A DNA stretch of 64,000 nucleotides from Cycas panzhihuaensis. Its lineage: Eukaryota > Plantae > Cycadophyta. This document shows, one piece after another, positions 24,150 through 39,360 of the stretch (position 1 is the stretch's first letter; the number at the start of each line of letters is the position of its first letter). The DNA is taken from positions 153,581,741 through 153,645,740 of the forward strand of contig CM041465.1 in the NCBI GenBank assembly GCA_023213395.1. The letters run 5' to 3'. The position numbers were made by a program, and so were the translations under genes. Under the pieces are notes generated by a model, which was not told the origin of the DNA, did no database searches, and was given only the letters and a program-made list of their open reading frames with translations.

Positions 24150-27009
24150 ATTCTTTTTCTTGAATGTTCATGAATTAAAAGTCTTATGATCTATATCTTC
24201 CTTCATTGCTCTTAGTATTTTAAGTTGTTTTCTATACTTCTATCCAATGGTTTGGCAAATATTGTAAACCATAAATTTATTATTCATTAAAATTATTTGA
24301 TCATTCTCTTCATAGATTTTTTAGTTACTCTTATAAGCTATATGTGGTCTTCATCAATGCCATTGTAATGTTATTTTGTGGGTTTCCCCTATATCTTGGA
24401 AATTCTTCTATACTTATTCCTTTATAGCCAGGGTATTGTTAAACCTCTCATTTTATTTAGATATCATCATTATTTCTATTCTCATTATGATTCTCGGTTT
24501 ATATATATGACATTTTTCTAACACTTTATGTTTTTTCCTAAAGCTCTTAATAATAACCTTAGAACGTTGTCAAGTTCTTGGTTAGATTTGTAAGTTTTAG
24601 ACTAGGTACATTTTTAAATTGTCTATTAGGTATATAGATTAAACATTAAAAATTTGATACTAACCTATCATGAACTCTCCATAACACCTGGTTACAAAGG
24701 GCTCTCGCGACTTTACTTTGATGGAACTCATGATAATTACCTAACAAGGCTAGTACGAACAATTCAATCTTGAATTTATGAAGTTTAATTAGAGTAGAAA
24801 TTACATAGTGGAATTGTCCCAATAGAGTTGACATATCAAAGCAAATAGAGGTACCTCACAACTGTATGTAAATCCCTTTTACTAATGATAGTAATACAAA
24901 AATATAATAAGCTAAACTTATTTTAGAAATTTTAGAATAAGAAAATAATCAAACTAGATTGCCTAGATGGATTCAAAACTTAACCTGTCTAAATCTTAAG
25001 AAGGAAGTTGCCCCCAAATTAGAGCAAATGATATGAATGCTAAAATATTAATATGTTACTCTTGACATAGTCTCTAAGATTTTCCCTTCATAAATATCTT
25101 ATTTAGAAATCTAATCAATAAGTAGTTACTATTCAAATATTTTATTCTTCCACACTTTACATGTCTTTTGAGATATAATTAGGAGAATCCACACTTCAAA
25201 TACTTCATTATTAGATTAATCTCATTGGAATACCTTATTATGTCACCTATTCTATTAGCTTTGGACATCTCTCTTTTACGATCTATTTAGAATTTGGACT
25301 CTAATTCTATATTTAAGTCCTCTATTGTTCGTCCTTTCTTTTGTCCATCTTCTTTATTTAAAAAATCCTGAAGCACCCTTAACCTTGCTCATTGATCTAT
25401 TTAAATGCATCACCTTCTTATGGGGAATTCATGCAATGATATGGACTCTAATACCTATAATAGTATTCATAGTTATTAATTTTAAAGTAGAGTCTTCACA
25501 TAGGGAGTTCTTGGTGGCCCTTATCTATTAGAAATTTCATTAGTAAACAAGAAAGTTATGAGTGAAATTATGAAGGTTAGTCAACTATGTTTCATACTAC
25601 CATACTAGACTTTTAAAATTTTGGGCCAATGGATAAATCTTATAGGTATGTATGTATGTAAAAGATTATAAACACCCTTAAATAAGGGGGCCCATATAAT
25701 TGAAATTGTTAAAACTGATTTCTAGGCATGTGAGACATCAAGCAAAATGTTTAAGGTTTCCTAGGTATAAATTTTCACTTGACTAATTGTATTTAATGGT
25801 AAATAGTAAAAATGTGACCTTAAATATATTCTAATTATAAAATCTCTTTATATAAATAGATAACCCTTTTAGAGAGTTATGGAATAATAGGTTGAATACA
25901 AAAAAGGGTTAACTATTAAGGGTGTAATGGCTATTTTAGTGAAGTGTTATTTTATCTTAAAGGCTTTAATCCTTTTGACGAAGTCAACATAGTCATAAAG
26001 AAAGTTTGTCCTTAAAAGTTTGACCAAAACACTCTTGACATAAAACCAACAAACATGAATGCCTCAACAAGAAAGAGACTAGCTTCAAGTGATAATAATT
26101 TTCTTATACAATGCTTGATTTTTGAGTTCTACCACTATTGGAGAGCTCTTGGCATGCTATTCATAATGGAATAATTATTCAAGAATGAGAAATATTTTAA
26201 TATAATGATTTATCCCTTCAAAGTTATCACCTTGATGAGTTTTTCCAAATTGGTATCTCGTGAGGCTAAAAACCTACAAATTTGATTTTTACTAGCATTT
26301 TTGTGCAGTGTCTATTTTGGAAGTTCTATCTCTTAGTTTGAAGGTAATAAGATAATATATAATAAGACATATACTTCTGATTGGCAGGTCTCATCAATTC
26401 AAAGAAAATACTCTATAATACATTGCTTCTTCAATTTTTTATGAGTCTAAGAGAAAATAAAATCCTTGCAATTGCTGACTTTTATATATTTCTTATCTAG
26501 TGCTAATTTTAGGACATCCATTAGTTGTTCTAAAGATAAATGCCAATGCAACACAAATCCATTATAGATATACTAACTAATTGAGTAAACTATAAATGTT
26601 ACATCTTCACACTTGGTAGATAATGAAATAAGGGTCTACCTCACATAAGATGACTAAATCTTTGAAATGAATAGAATTTACACACATAGTTAAGAAGTGA
26701 CCAAACCAAGAAAGATAATAAATCAAGTCTAGGTTAGGTCTTCATAGACAACCCTTGCAGGTTTCTTTGGTAAACAAACTCTCTTAATCATCTCCTTAAA
26801 TTAATGAACTCTAAGAGCATGTCGTATAACCTAGCTTATCAAATTCATCTTAATAGAGTAGTATGTGAAATCTATTCCACACCTCCTATGTATATAATAG
26901 TCACATTTCAAACTTAAAGAACATATTCAATTTGATTCCTTAATAGCTAGAAGCCTACTTTTGTGGATAACCCATATTAATTATTGTTAATCAATCTCTC
27001 AAACAACAT
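20397..27009. repeat. Tandem duplication 1, unit 1
   Basis: Colinear with 27010-40551 once the L1 is removed; ATCA microhomology at 20397, 27010 and 40552. Confidence 0.92.
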
Positions 27010-28943
27010 ATCAACTTAAAAGAAGTTATATGAAAGTCAAATAAAATCTTCAACCATATATTAGAAGTGATCAATAAGAAATAAAATAAAGAAATCCTTA
27101 AAAGAAGGGTTAAGAGGACAAGCTTCTTGGGATATCTCAAATGCACAAGTTGATCAGCTTCAAAGATATACTAAAAAATTTCTAAATAAGGTGATATTAC
27201 ACCAATTTAAATATCAATAAAATATCTATTCAACAAAACTGACTATTTTGAGAACGGGTTCCTACAAGTTAATATTTTAATATACAAAATATGAAGTCCT
27301 ATTTTTTAGGCTTAACGGGAGCTTGGGACCCAAAATATTATGAAATGCTAGTACTATTCTTATAGAACAATGTAAAATGATGAAATATAGTTTAGAGAGC
27401 TAGTTAAGATACTTTTTAGTTAGAATTTTTGAGAAATAATGTATAAAAATATGTAATAATAATAAATTGGAAGCTATTATGTACCTCAAATTTGATGGCT
27501 TTGAAAATGTGCAAGAACACTCTAAAACTTATAAATAATAGTGTTAGTTTAAAGATAAATGAGTTAATTTCCCAACAAAACTAACAGATCTAAATTCTGA
27601 TGCGAAACTGAAAAGTTATAATGAAAATAACATCAAGTACTTTTTATGTTAATAATCTAAAAAAGGGTTTTTAAAACAAAATTGAGTTAAGCTAATTAGA
27701 AACATGTAAAATCGACTCCAAATATGGTAAATAACCAGTCTAAACTATAGCCTAGAAAATTATGGACTAAACGTGATAGGTTTCATTAGAAATGGATACC
27801 CTAGTGAAGAGATATTGTAAAAATTAGTCAAGTGCCCTATGTATTAAGGAAAAGTTTTAAAAAATAAAAAAGAAAAATATTATAAAGTTTAAGTTATCCC
27901 CTTTAACAAATAAACTATGGGTCACATGGGTTGATGTGATGAGGGGCACAACTCTCAAGAAGGATTAAGCCTTATACATGGATTTGAAAATCTATATGAT
28001 AGGATTTAATTTTTTATATACTTCATAACATAAAATAAATATTATCAAACCATGAATACATTGAATTATGGACGATGGCCATGCAGAGGCAAAAGCACGC
28101 ATGTAAATATGCAATCGAATTAGTATATGCACATCCGAATGGAGATGAAGGATCACCACTGGATGGCACACTACTCGGGCCTGAAATCACGCTACAAAAT
28201 AGTAAATAATAAATGCATTATATGAAAGAGGACACAGTAAGAGAGGATCATATGTGACGCAGGGATTTTTCAAGCGTGAAACATGATGAGATTCGATGTT
28301 GTAGCTGGAACAAAGGCATCGAGGGTCCACTCAGATGGATCAAATAGAGTTTTTTTTTTTTTTTTTTTTCAGAATTTCATCAAAGTCTCTACCACCCAAA
28401 AATGAACAATCCACCATTCAAAACAGCAATCAACTCCTCTATAGAAATATACATAACAAAATCGCTTAAGAATGAACATCCATAAAGATTCATGTATTGA
28501 CAAATACTAAAAGCACAATTTGAAATAACTCAAAGTTTGTCTAGAAAAATTATACACTAAATAAAGCAAAGCCCAATGTTCTAATGACTTCAATATCCTC
28601 TAGAAAAAAAATCACAAGTAGAAAGGCTGAAACAACATGAATTAATATACCTTGTTATACTGAAAATTATTGATACCAAATAAACTGCTCCTTCACTTTA
28701 CGCAATCTCAGAGGTTCGATTCCTAGAGGCTTCAATGAGTTTTGAGCTGAGAAGAACATAAAACTCAGACGAAGGTGTTAATCTTGAGTTACAGGATTGG
28801 GGGTAGGCAATGCACACCGATTAAATATGTTCTCGCATCGCCTCTAGGGGCAACAGGTGTTCAGATCATAGAGATAAAGATACATGCTGAGAAGATCCTT
28901 AAATTAAAATCTCATTCAAAAAAAAAAAAAAAAAATTAATATA

Positions 28944-29159
<216 letters not shown>

Positions 29160-30713
29160 CGAAAAAAAGGTTTTGTGCGGCCACTAAATCATGACAAAAT
29201 AGAGATGAAATTTGTGCATTAAAAAAACTTTCAAATCAATCGAATATTTAATGAATGTCCTCGTTACATCTGCTCCGATTGATCTATAGTGTTCTCACTA
29301 GATAATTGAAAAAAAAAAAAAAATTAAAATGTATTTTTTATATATAAAAATGAAAAAATATTGATTGAATATGCGCAGTCGCTAGAGGTCATATAATGGA
29401 AAATTTCAATCTGAGGATCGATTAAAACAACTTGTAAATTAATTTGAGAGTGACGCCAACAATCTGCAATGAAGAAATACTCTAAGAAAATTAATATCTA
29501 ATATAAAATAAAATGAAAAATAACAAATATAATGTCGTACAGTGATGGAGGAAGCACAAAGATGTAGATTGATTTGGATATCAATAAAAAATCTTTGGAA
29601 CTTGGTAAAAAATGATCTAAATAGTGGTGCAACAGATCCACAGAGGAATTTGATCACAAATCTTTCAAAAAATATAATTTTTATATTAAAAAATTTGAAA
29701 AAATATATGAACAAAAGGATGCACTTAGAGGGAAAGCTTTAGTAGGTTAGATCTCACCAATGGAGGAACAAAATCTGACAAAATTGGAGGAGTAGCTCGA
29801 TAGAATTGATGGCAATATCTCTGTCAAATTTTGTGACAAATAGATGACTATATGCAGAGAATGAAGCTTTGGCTCCCATGGAGGTTGTACGCCTTTATGG
29901 AGACTGTGCGGCTCAAGAAATGCTTAAAATTAGGCTGAACTTCTTTGATCTATCTTATATCAGACCTGCACCCCTTTTACATAAAAAATATAATTAAAAA
30001 AAAAAGTCAAAACAAACAAATAAGAGAAGCGGCAGTGCAGTTTTACTGCCAAAAAAATAGTCAAGCTTCTAGGACGGAGATATCCTCGTCAGAGCACCAA
30101 AAATTAAAATCGTTGAATCCAATACAAAGCTGACTCAGAGAGCTTCGAAATGACTAGTGATTTGCTTAGGTTTCATTCATCGTGGAGATTGCACCAACCT
30201 ATAAAATGAATAAGTTCCTTCCCAAACCTTGAGAAAATAGTGAATAGACAATAAAATCTTATAAAATATTAAATGAGATTTTAATATAACTTCTCCAAAA
30301 AACTTGTTAGGCTAAATATACAATAATTATTACATAGATCTGAAAAAATATTGAATAAATAGACTAAATACACCAAACATGGCCAAATATTTAACAAAAT
30401 ATGCAAAACTTGTTCATAGAAACTTAATAAAGTGATGAGATCTTAAATATTTTACTGATTATAGCTCCCATCCTACACTGATATATGAAAACTAGGTTAT
30501 TTTACAAATACAAATTAGAAATAATCAAAATTTTTAATAAAAACATAGTATAAGAAACTGCTAATAAGCTTTGTAGAAAATGAATAGAACTAATATTTGG
30601 CTTGCCGTGAGTAGATCTGCTTCAGAAACTAATGGATATTCTTACTCTAAAAAAAACCTTCAATAGGCCAAAATCTGAGCCAATGTACATAGGATCTATG
30701 CTCTGATACCAAA

Positions 30714-31042
30714 TGAAGGTTTGTAAAATGGAGATCGAGTGGAGTAATATATCAAGTAATTAAACCATTGTTGCATAAACATAATAATCTTTTGTATTCA
30801 ATCCATCTTTAAGAAAGTATTACAAATGTCCAAAATGAAGGTAGTGTCAAAAGACATAAGGGTTTGTCACCCAGTAAAGATATAGTTTGAGGGAGGAGGG
30901 AAACCTCCTCAACCTCCAAAAGTTTAAATATAATAAAATAATGCTTAACTGAAATAACTTTAACCTTACCTTACTTACCTTCACATGTGTGCACTCACAT
31001 GTGTAAATGGTGGGAGTGGGGTGATGAACATTAACCCTAATA
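30714..31042 (-). repeat. Duplicated E3 5' LTR
   Basis: 329 bp copy of 23821-24149, followed by the same ATTCT flank. Confidence 0.9.
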
Positions 31043-33279
31043 ATTCTTTTTCTTGAATGTTCATGAATTAAAAGTTCTTGTAATCTATATCCTCTTTCAT
31101 TGCTCCTAGTATTTTGAGTTGTTTTCTATACTTCTATCCAATGGTTTGGCAAATATTGTAAACCATAAATTTATTATTTATTAAAATTATTTCATCATTC
31201 TCTTCATAGATTTTTTAATTACTCTTATCAGCTATATGTGGTCTTCATCAATGCCATTGTAATGTTATTTTGTGGGTTTCCCCTCTGTCTTGGAAATTCT
31301 TCTATACTTATTCCTTTAGAGCCAGGGTATTATTAAACCTCTCATTTTATTTAGATATCATCATTATTTCTATTCTCGTTATGATTCTAGGTTTATATAT
31401 ATGACGTTTTTCTAACACTTTATATTTTTCCTAAAGCTCTTAATAATAACCTTGGAACATTGTCAAGTTCTTGGTTAGATTTATAAGTTTTAGACTAGGT
31501 ACATTTTTAAATTGTTTATTAGGTATAAAGATTAAACATTAAAAATTTGATACTAACCTATCATGAACTCTCCATAACACCCGATTATAAAGGGCTCTTG
31601 TGACTTTACTTTGATGGAACTCATCATAATTACCTAACAAGGCTAGTACGAACAATTTAATCTTGAATTTATGAAGTTTAGTTAGAGTAGAAATTGCATA
31701 GTGGAATTATCCCAATAGAGTTGACATATCAAAGCAAATAGAGGTACTTCACAACTGTACCTAAATCCCTTTTACTAATGATAGTAATACAAAAATATAA
31801 TGAGCCAAACTATTGTATTCCTTAATGAGCTATTTCATAAATTTTAGAATAAGAAAATAATCAAACTAGATTGCCTAGATGGATTCAAAACTTAACCTTT
31901 CTAAATATTAAGAAGGAAGTTGCCCCCAAATTAGAGCAAATGATATGAATGATAAAATATTAATATGTTACTCTTGACATAGTCTCTAAGATTTTCCCTT
32001 CATAAATATCTTATTTAGAAATCTAATTAATAAGTAGTTACTATTGAAATATTTTATTCTTCCACACTTTACATGTCTTTCGAGATATAATTAGGAGAAT
32101 TCACACTTCAAATACTTCATTATTAGATTAATCTCATTGGAATACCTTATTATGTCACCTATTCTATTAGCTTTGGACATCTCTCTTTTACGATCTATTT
32201 AGAATTTGGACTCTAATTCTATATTTAAGTTCTCTATTGTTCACCCTTTCTTTTGTCCATCTTCTTTATTTGAAAAATCCTGAAGCACTCTTAACCTTGC
32301 TCATTGATCTATTTAAATGCATCACCTTCTTAGGGGGAATTCATGCAACGATATGGACTCTAATACCTATAATAGTATTCATATTTATTAATTTTAAAGT
32401 AGATTCTTCACATAGGGAGTTCCTGGTGGCCCTTATCTATTATAAATTTCATTAGTAAACAAGAAAGTTATGAGTGAAATTATGAAGGTTAGTCAGGTAT
32501 GTTTCATACTACCATACTGTACTTTTAAAATTTTGGGCCAATGGGAAAATCTTATAGGTATGTATGTATGTATAAGATTATAAACACCCTTGAATAAGGG
32601 GTCCCATATAATTAAATTTGTTAAAATTTATTTCTAGTCATGTGAGACATCAAGCAAAATATTTAAGGTTTCCTAGGTATAAATTTTCACTTGACTAATT
32701 GTATTTAATGGTAAATAGTAAAAATGTCACCTTAAATATATTCTAAGTATAAAATATCTTTATATAAATAGATAACCCTTTTAGAGAGTTATGGAATAAT
32801 AGGTTGAATACGAAAAAGGGTTAACTATTAAGGGTGTAATGGCTATTTTAGTGAAGTGTTATTTTATCTTAAAGGCTTTAATCCTTTTGACGAAGTCAAC
32901 ATAGTCATAAAGAAAGTTTGTCCTTAAAAGTTTGACCAAAACACTCTTGACATAAAAACAAAAAACATGAATGTCTTAACAAGAAACAGAATAGCTTTAA
33001 GTGATAATAATTTTCTCATACAATGCTTAATTTTTGAGTTCTACCACTTTTGGAAAGTTCTTGGCATGTCATTCATAATGGAATAATTATTTTTTTTTGA
33101 TAAGATAAAATTGAATTTTTAGTGGGTTTGAAACAGTATCCCACAACCTAATACATCAAAGAATCTTATGTAACCAAGTCATAGATGACTGTGACAACCC
33201 CAAAGTCTAGGTTAGAGAACTAGTTACTGGGACAAACCCTGCGGCTAGTTGTTACGTACCATATCCTTCCACAGTTGAC

Positions 33280-36200
33280 CTTTCTTGTTCCTCACCCCCA
33301 TTTCAAGTTGTGTCTTATACAGACATCTGCCAATCCCTTAATGATCTCCTTGGCATCATTGAAAAAGGGCTAGAATCTCCAGTCTGAGAGGGCCGTATCT
33401 TTCAACGTGTTTAACACTACCTCTGAATCCCCCTCAATTACTAGTCGTTGAATGTTTCCTTCCAGGGCTAGGTCTAAGGCTTTAAGCATAGTGTGCATCT
33501 CTGCATAATGGTTTGTTTGGCATTCATAGTACTCTACAAAGGTCCAAATTAGAGTACCTTTGTAGTCCCTATAGATACCCCCTCCCCCAGCTTCTCAGGG
33601 GTTCCCTTTTACCGCCCCATCGGAGTTAATTTTAATCTAGGGCTCCTTTGGAGGCTGCCAACTGCTACATCTGGGCTTTACCACCTTGAAAATAGGCTCT
33701 ATACCCCATTTACGCAGGATCCCTATTCTCATCCAGGAATATGCGCTTTTCATTGACATTTCTGACATTTTCTCTAATGTTTGTACAGATTCTGTTGAAG
33801 ATAGCAATCTGATCCATCTGATTCTCCTAGAAAATCCTACAGTTCCTCTCTTTCCAAATGTTCCACGCCAGAATTGAGAGTGCATTCTTCCAGATACAGT
33901 GCAATGTTCTACTTCTAAATGGGCTTAGCCAAGCAATCCAGAAATCAACAATCTTTTCCGAGAATGTCCAACAGACCTCTAGTTTTTCAAGCAACATCCT
34001 CCATACCTCCCTTGTGAAAGAACACTCAAGGAAGATATGGTCCATGGATTCCTCTTCAGTGGAACATAGAATACATCTGTTCACCAGCAAAAAGCCTCTC
34101 TTCCTAAGGTTATCAACAGTGAGAATTTTATTCATAAGATAAGTCCACCAAAAGATAACTATCTTAGGGATGATAGGGAGCCTCCATACACCTTCCAATA
34201 TTGGGTTACTCTGGTCCCCTCTTGTTAGGCATAAGTAGTGGTATCCTTGTTTAATAGTGTATTCCCCAAATGAGCTCAAAGGCCACACAATCGAATCTGA
34301 CGAAGGTATTCTAGGGATGTAGCTCTTTCCTAAAATCCTTTTGATCTCATTAAGACCCTCATGTAATCTTTCTCCCTAGATTTCCTCTAAAGTCCTCTAG
34401 TTCTTGTTTCTTCTGTTGCCGATCTAATAATCTTTTACAAGTATACTGTAATGCCTGACATAAGGACCCATGACAGGTACCAGATCTGGGTATTCCTTTA
34501 GAGCCTTGTCGCAGCACCACACATCCTCCCAAAATCTAATGGAGTTACCATCTCCTACTTTCCATTTCAGGCCATTCCTTATAGCTTCCCAAGCTTTAAG
34601 AATGCTCCTCCAGATGGTTGAACCAACCTGAGAAGCATTGTTATCTATAAGAAAGCCCCCTTGGATATATTTTCTTGATAAGATCCTCTCTGATAGCCTC
34701 TCTCTCCCTTTGAATAATCACCAACCTAACTTTGCCCTGAGAGTGGCATTGAAGGGAGAGAGCCTTCTCAGGTTGAGGCCACCAGCCCATTTCGGGGTAC
34801 AGGCCTTATTCCAACTCACCAAATGTATCCTATCCTTACTTTCAGCCCGAGATAATAGGAATCTCTTCTGGATGGATTCGATAGTGTCTGAGATGCCCGA
34901 CAGAACTCTAAAGATAGACATCCAAAAAATATGGATGCTCTGTAGTGTAGAAGCAACAAGCTGGAGTTTTCCAACTAAACTTAAAAGGGTGCCTTTCCAA
35001 CCCGCCAACTTCCTTTGCATCATGTCAATAAGGGGGTTCCACATATCGTTGGTTATCTTCCCCACAAAGAGGGACAAACCAAGGTAAGTTGTAGGGAGCT
35101 TTTTTATACCCATCTCAAGGATTATGCTGATCCTACCTTGGGTACAGCCCGGGGTATTTATGAAAAAGACATTACTTTTGTTTAAGCTTATTATCTAGTT
35201 CGTGGCCTTTTCAAAATGACCCAAGATCTCTTTTAAATTGGATGCCTTTCCTATAGCAGCCTTCCCTAAGAAAATATTATCATCCATAAATTGATGATGG
35301 GCCACGTTATCCATCTCAGATGTCGGTTTAATACCATTTATAATCCCCTGCCTCTTAGCGGACTCAATGGTTGTACCCAATAACTCATCCATCATGATGA
35401 ATAGGAAGGGTGAGAGGGGGTCGCCCTGTCTCAACCCCCTTAATCCAGGAAAAAAGTTGAAAGATGAGCCATTGATGACAACTGAGAATTGCGGGTTACC
35501 AATACACAGCTTTATCGACGACCGCCAAGTTTCCCCAAAGCCAAATGCCTCAAGGCAATCAAGTAAGCAATCCCAGGAAACCCTATCGAAGGCTTTCGTG
35601 AGATCAATCTTAATGAGCATCACAGGCTCCTTTCTTTTTGCGGCTGAGTGAATTGTTTCGTGGACAAGGATATAACCATCTATCTGCACCAGAGAAAACC
35701 ATCTTGATTATGGGAGATGATGTTTGGCATGATTTTCTTTAGTCTGTTAAACAGCACCTTAGTTATGATATTGTATTTAACATTGCAGAGACTAATGCGG
35801 CGAAACTCTTCCATCCTTTTCACACAATCTTTTTTCGGGATGAGAATGAGGAATGTAGTCTGCCATTCCTGCAAAATCTTTCTATTTGCATAAAACTCCT
35901 GTAAAGCATCCATAAGATCCCCCTTTATAATATCCCAAAATTCTTGGAAAAACCCCGATGGGAATCCATCGGGGTCTGGGGCTTTACCTTTCTTTATACC
36001 AAAGAGTGCTGCCCTGACTTCTTCCAAGGTGAACAGAGCTGTTAACTGAGAATTTTGAGCTTCATTTACTAGACAGGGGATATTGTTGACGAAATCCTTC
36101 CTCTTTTCCACATCCCCATCATGCGGTTCAGTAAATAAGTCCTTGAAATATTCATTGGCCAGCTCCTTCATGCCCTCAGTCGAACTTACTATTGAGCCAT

Positions 36201-37359
36201 CCTCCTTTTGTAGACTAGTGATTCTATTATTCGCCCTATGTTTGGCTGTGGTCATATAGAAAAATCTGGTGTTTCTATCTCCTTCAGCCAGCCACAAAGC
36301 CTTGGATTTTTGTCTCCAATGAATTTCCTCTCTGGTGAGTATCTCCTCTAGGGTCTCAACTAGCTCCTTCTCTGCCTTATCTAGCTTTGGGGATCTTCCC
36401 AATCACTCGATCTGGTCCTCTATTTCTTTCAGATCACGGATGGTTTTGTCCTTCTGTTCATTTATATTATGAAATACTTCCTTGTTCCATACCTTCACTT
36501 ATCTTTTGACCCAGTCCAACTTCTTTGAGAACCTATACATTGCATGTCCTTTAATGTCAATGCCCCACCAATCCTCGATCCTCTTCCAAAGATCTGGATG
36601 GAGAAGCCACATTAATTCGAATCTAAGGAGAGCCCTGATGAATTTACCCAGATCCGAAAATTATAGCAAGAGGGGCAAATGGTCAGAACTGATCCTCGGC
36701 AGAGCCTCTAGGGTGAAGTCATTGAAACACCTCATCCATTCAAAGTTAACCAGCACAATGTCTAATTTGATTTGAATTAGGCTGTGCCCCAAATGTTTGT
36801 TGGACCATGTAAATGAAGCACCCCTGAGTTTGACATCCTCCAAACCCCCCTGCTGTAAGAAGTCACTGAACTCGCTCATGTTAGATGTCCATCCATCAAA
36901 ACCACCTCTCTTATCCCCTAGGGATAATACGGAGTTAAAGTCTCCCGCTAGCAGCCATGGGTGTCGACATTCCCTATGGGCCTTTAGCAATCTATCCCAA
37001 AGCCTCTTCCTGGCCTCTTGATGATTTGGGGCATATACATTTGTGGCAAGCCAAGTAATGTTGTTACTTTTATTCGTTAACCGGACCGAAATAGAGGACT
37101 CTTCTGCTAGAAAAATTTCACCTGACCATGTTGATGGGTTCCATAGCACCATTAAGCCCCCAAATCCCTCGGCATAGTCACTCTCGTTACCTTCAGCGTT
37201 TTTCAAAATTTTGTTCCTAATTTTTGGTCTATTCTCCTTGCACAGTTTGGTTTCTTACAAGAAAATCAGATCTGGGTGATATATATTCCTCATGTCCCTA
37301 ATAATTCTCTACTTTGAAGGGGCATTGAGACCCCTAATGTTCTATGATATAATTTTCAT
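33280..37359 (-). pseudogene. L1 ORF2 relic: AP endonuclease, RT, zf-RVT, RNase H
   Basis: MKIIS*NIRGLN start; NVYAPN, WLLAGDFN, SDHLPL (endonuclease); KIDLTKAFDRVSW, GLRQGDPLSPFLF, QFMDD (RT); CILC..EESMDHIFLEC (zf-RVT); KINSDGAVKGNP..EGDS (RNase H); stops and frameshifts. 3' end approximate. Confidence 0.93.
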
Positions 37360-39360
37360 CTTTTTTTCCTTTGTTTCCAAACTTCGGTAGTTTCACCTTT
37401 TGGAGGCTCTTTACCTTCTACTCTAGATCTAAGAGTAGGTCCTTCAAGGAACACTTCCTTTAAAGTTTTCTGGATGCCTTGATCTACTTGTGCAGCTGTT
37501 TCTTTCTCTCTCTACGATTTTGAAGGTGGTCTCCCAACCTTCTTTTTAGCTCCCACATCAGGGTGCTTCTTGTGCGGCATAACCGAATGTGGTCATGAAT
37601 CTAGGTCTGGCATCCCTAGGTCCTCTAATATGGGTATCTCTAGCTTCACCTCAGCCAAAAGCCCTTGGCTCACTGGTTCTTTTATCGCATTTGTGGAGGG
37701 GCCCTTTACAAGCAAAAGGGACAAATCTGACCCCAACACGACCTCCTTGTTCCGCGACCTCAAAGGCTCGAGTGGGGCATTTTGGGCCAGAGAGACAATC
37801 TTAGCAGGGGGCAGGTCCCCTATTCCATCCTCGCTTGTCGGGCACCCCGGAACCGCAAGAACCTATGCTTCTAGTTCCCCTTCCTCTAGGAGTGTGTCCT
37901 CCTCATTTGGGTCAAAACCGAGATTCAGGTGAGGGGCCTCAGCTGCCACCATTAGGCCTGAACATTCTAAAGCCTCTCCTTTTTCCTTCACCTTCTCATG
38001 GGTATTTGGTTCTAAGGGACCCTCTATTGTCTCATCTTTTGAGAGTTGCACTCCCGGGCATTTTTAGGGCAGGTGCCCCAAATTTCTACAGGTGGAACAT
38101 CTAAAATGATCCATCTCATAAATCAATGGCTAGACCCAACTTCTCCCTCCCATGTCCATCCATATGTCATCCAAGAGGGGTTTGTCTATTCTTACCAAGG
38201 CACAAATTTTGGCATTAATGAACCTACTCATGTTCTTTGTCACAGAATCAATCGCTAAGAGAGGACCCACCACTTTTTCTATGCCTTTAAATACCTTGGG
38301 GTTCCAGTTGTGCAGTGGAAGACCCAGAAGTTGGATCCATATAGGAGCTTGTCTAATTTTAGGGACATAGGGATCAAAGTCCCTATGCCATTTCTCGAGG
38401 GACAGGGCCTTTCTACCAAACATCCATGGGGCTCTAATCAGAATACTGGACATATCTTCGTAAGAGGAGAATTTAAATAGCACGCAGCCCTTAGGCATGC
38501 CTATTACTTCCACGCAACTTGTCGTTTTCCATTTGGTCCTCGTCCAGGTCTTAATGGCCTCCAGGCCCGGTCTAGGTCCTGAGAATCTACCAACAAGGCA
38601 ATTCTCCCAAAGTTTCTCAGTTTTCTCCACCAGAGCCAGGGGAATTTTCAGTCTTACTTTATTATCCTCAATCACAGGTGTTAGGTCAAATGTTTCCTCT
38701 TTGTTTGATTTCAAGACATCTCGGTAGGATATCCTCAGTGACAGGTTCAGGTTCTGGTTCTGATTTTAAAAGATATGGTCGATTTCCATATTTTAAAGTT
38801 TATAAACTGTATAAGAAAATCCCCAAATAAAGAGAGAAAGAACATACCATTGTCTTTGAGACTAAATCTAGTTCAACCTCAAGCATTCCTTCCTCTTTGC
38901 CCCACTTCTCACAATACAAAAAGTTGTTGCCCAAATTCTTCTCGAGATAACCTTCATTGCCAAGCAAAGCCTGTTTATCTTCTATTTCTATTCGCTTACA
39001 TGGTCTATCTTTCTGCTGTCGGGATCTATCTCCCTTCATAGCCCCACTCACTTCTGTTACGGCTAGCCCAGCTAGCACAAAATGGCCTGCGTATTCTAAA
39101 AAACCTAACCAGGGCTTTGGTCTACCCAATATCCCTGCACCTACTAGGAGAGCTTCCGCTTGAGACCGCTAGATTACTCTCATGTTGTCCCCTTCGCGAG
39201 GAATAATTTGAGGTTTGCTTGGCACGAAGCTTAGCCTGAAATCTTCTGCATATTGTCTTCCTTCCGTTGTTGTGTGGGAGAGGGGATGATGAATCTGGTT
39301 ACCAGTACCTAATATCGGCCGGCCAGTCGTGCCGACACGATTTGAAGGATGCCATGGCAT
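37360..39360 (-). pseudogene. L1 ORF1 relic (DUF4283-type domain plus CCHC zinc knuckle)
   Basis: WENCLVGRFSG..LFKFSS..PWMFG..LSLEKW..PIWIQLLGLPLHNW (38130-38714); CSTCRNLGHLP*KC at 38058-38099; start position uncertain. Confidence 0.88.

Noticed and set aside
33686-39163. Many plus-strand ORFs over the LINE
   Set aside because: Antisense shadows of GC-richer L1 coding sequence with no recognisable domains.
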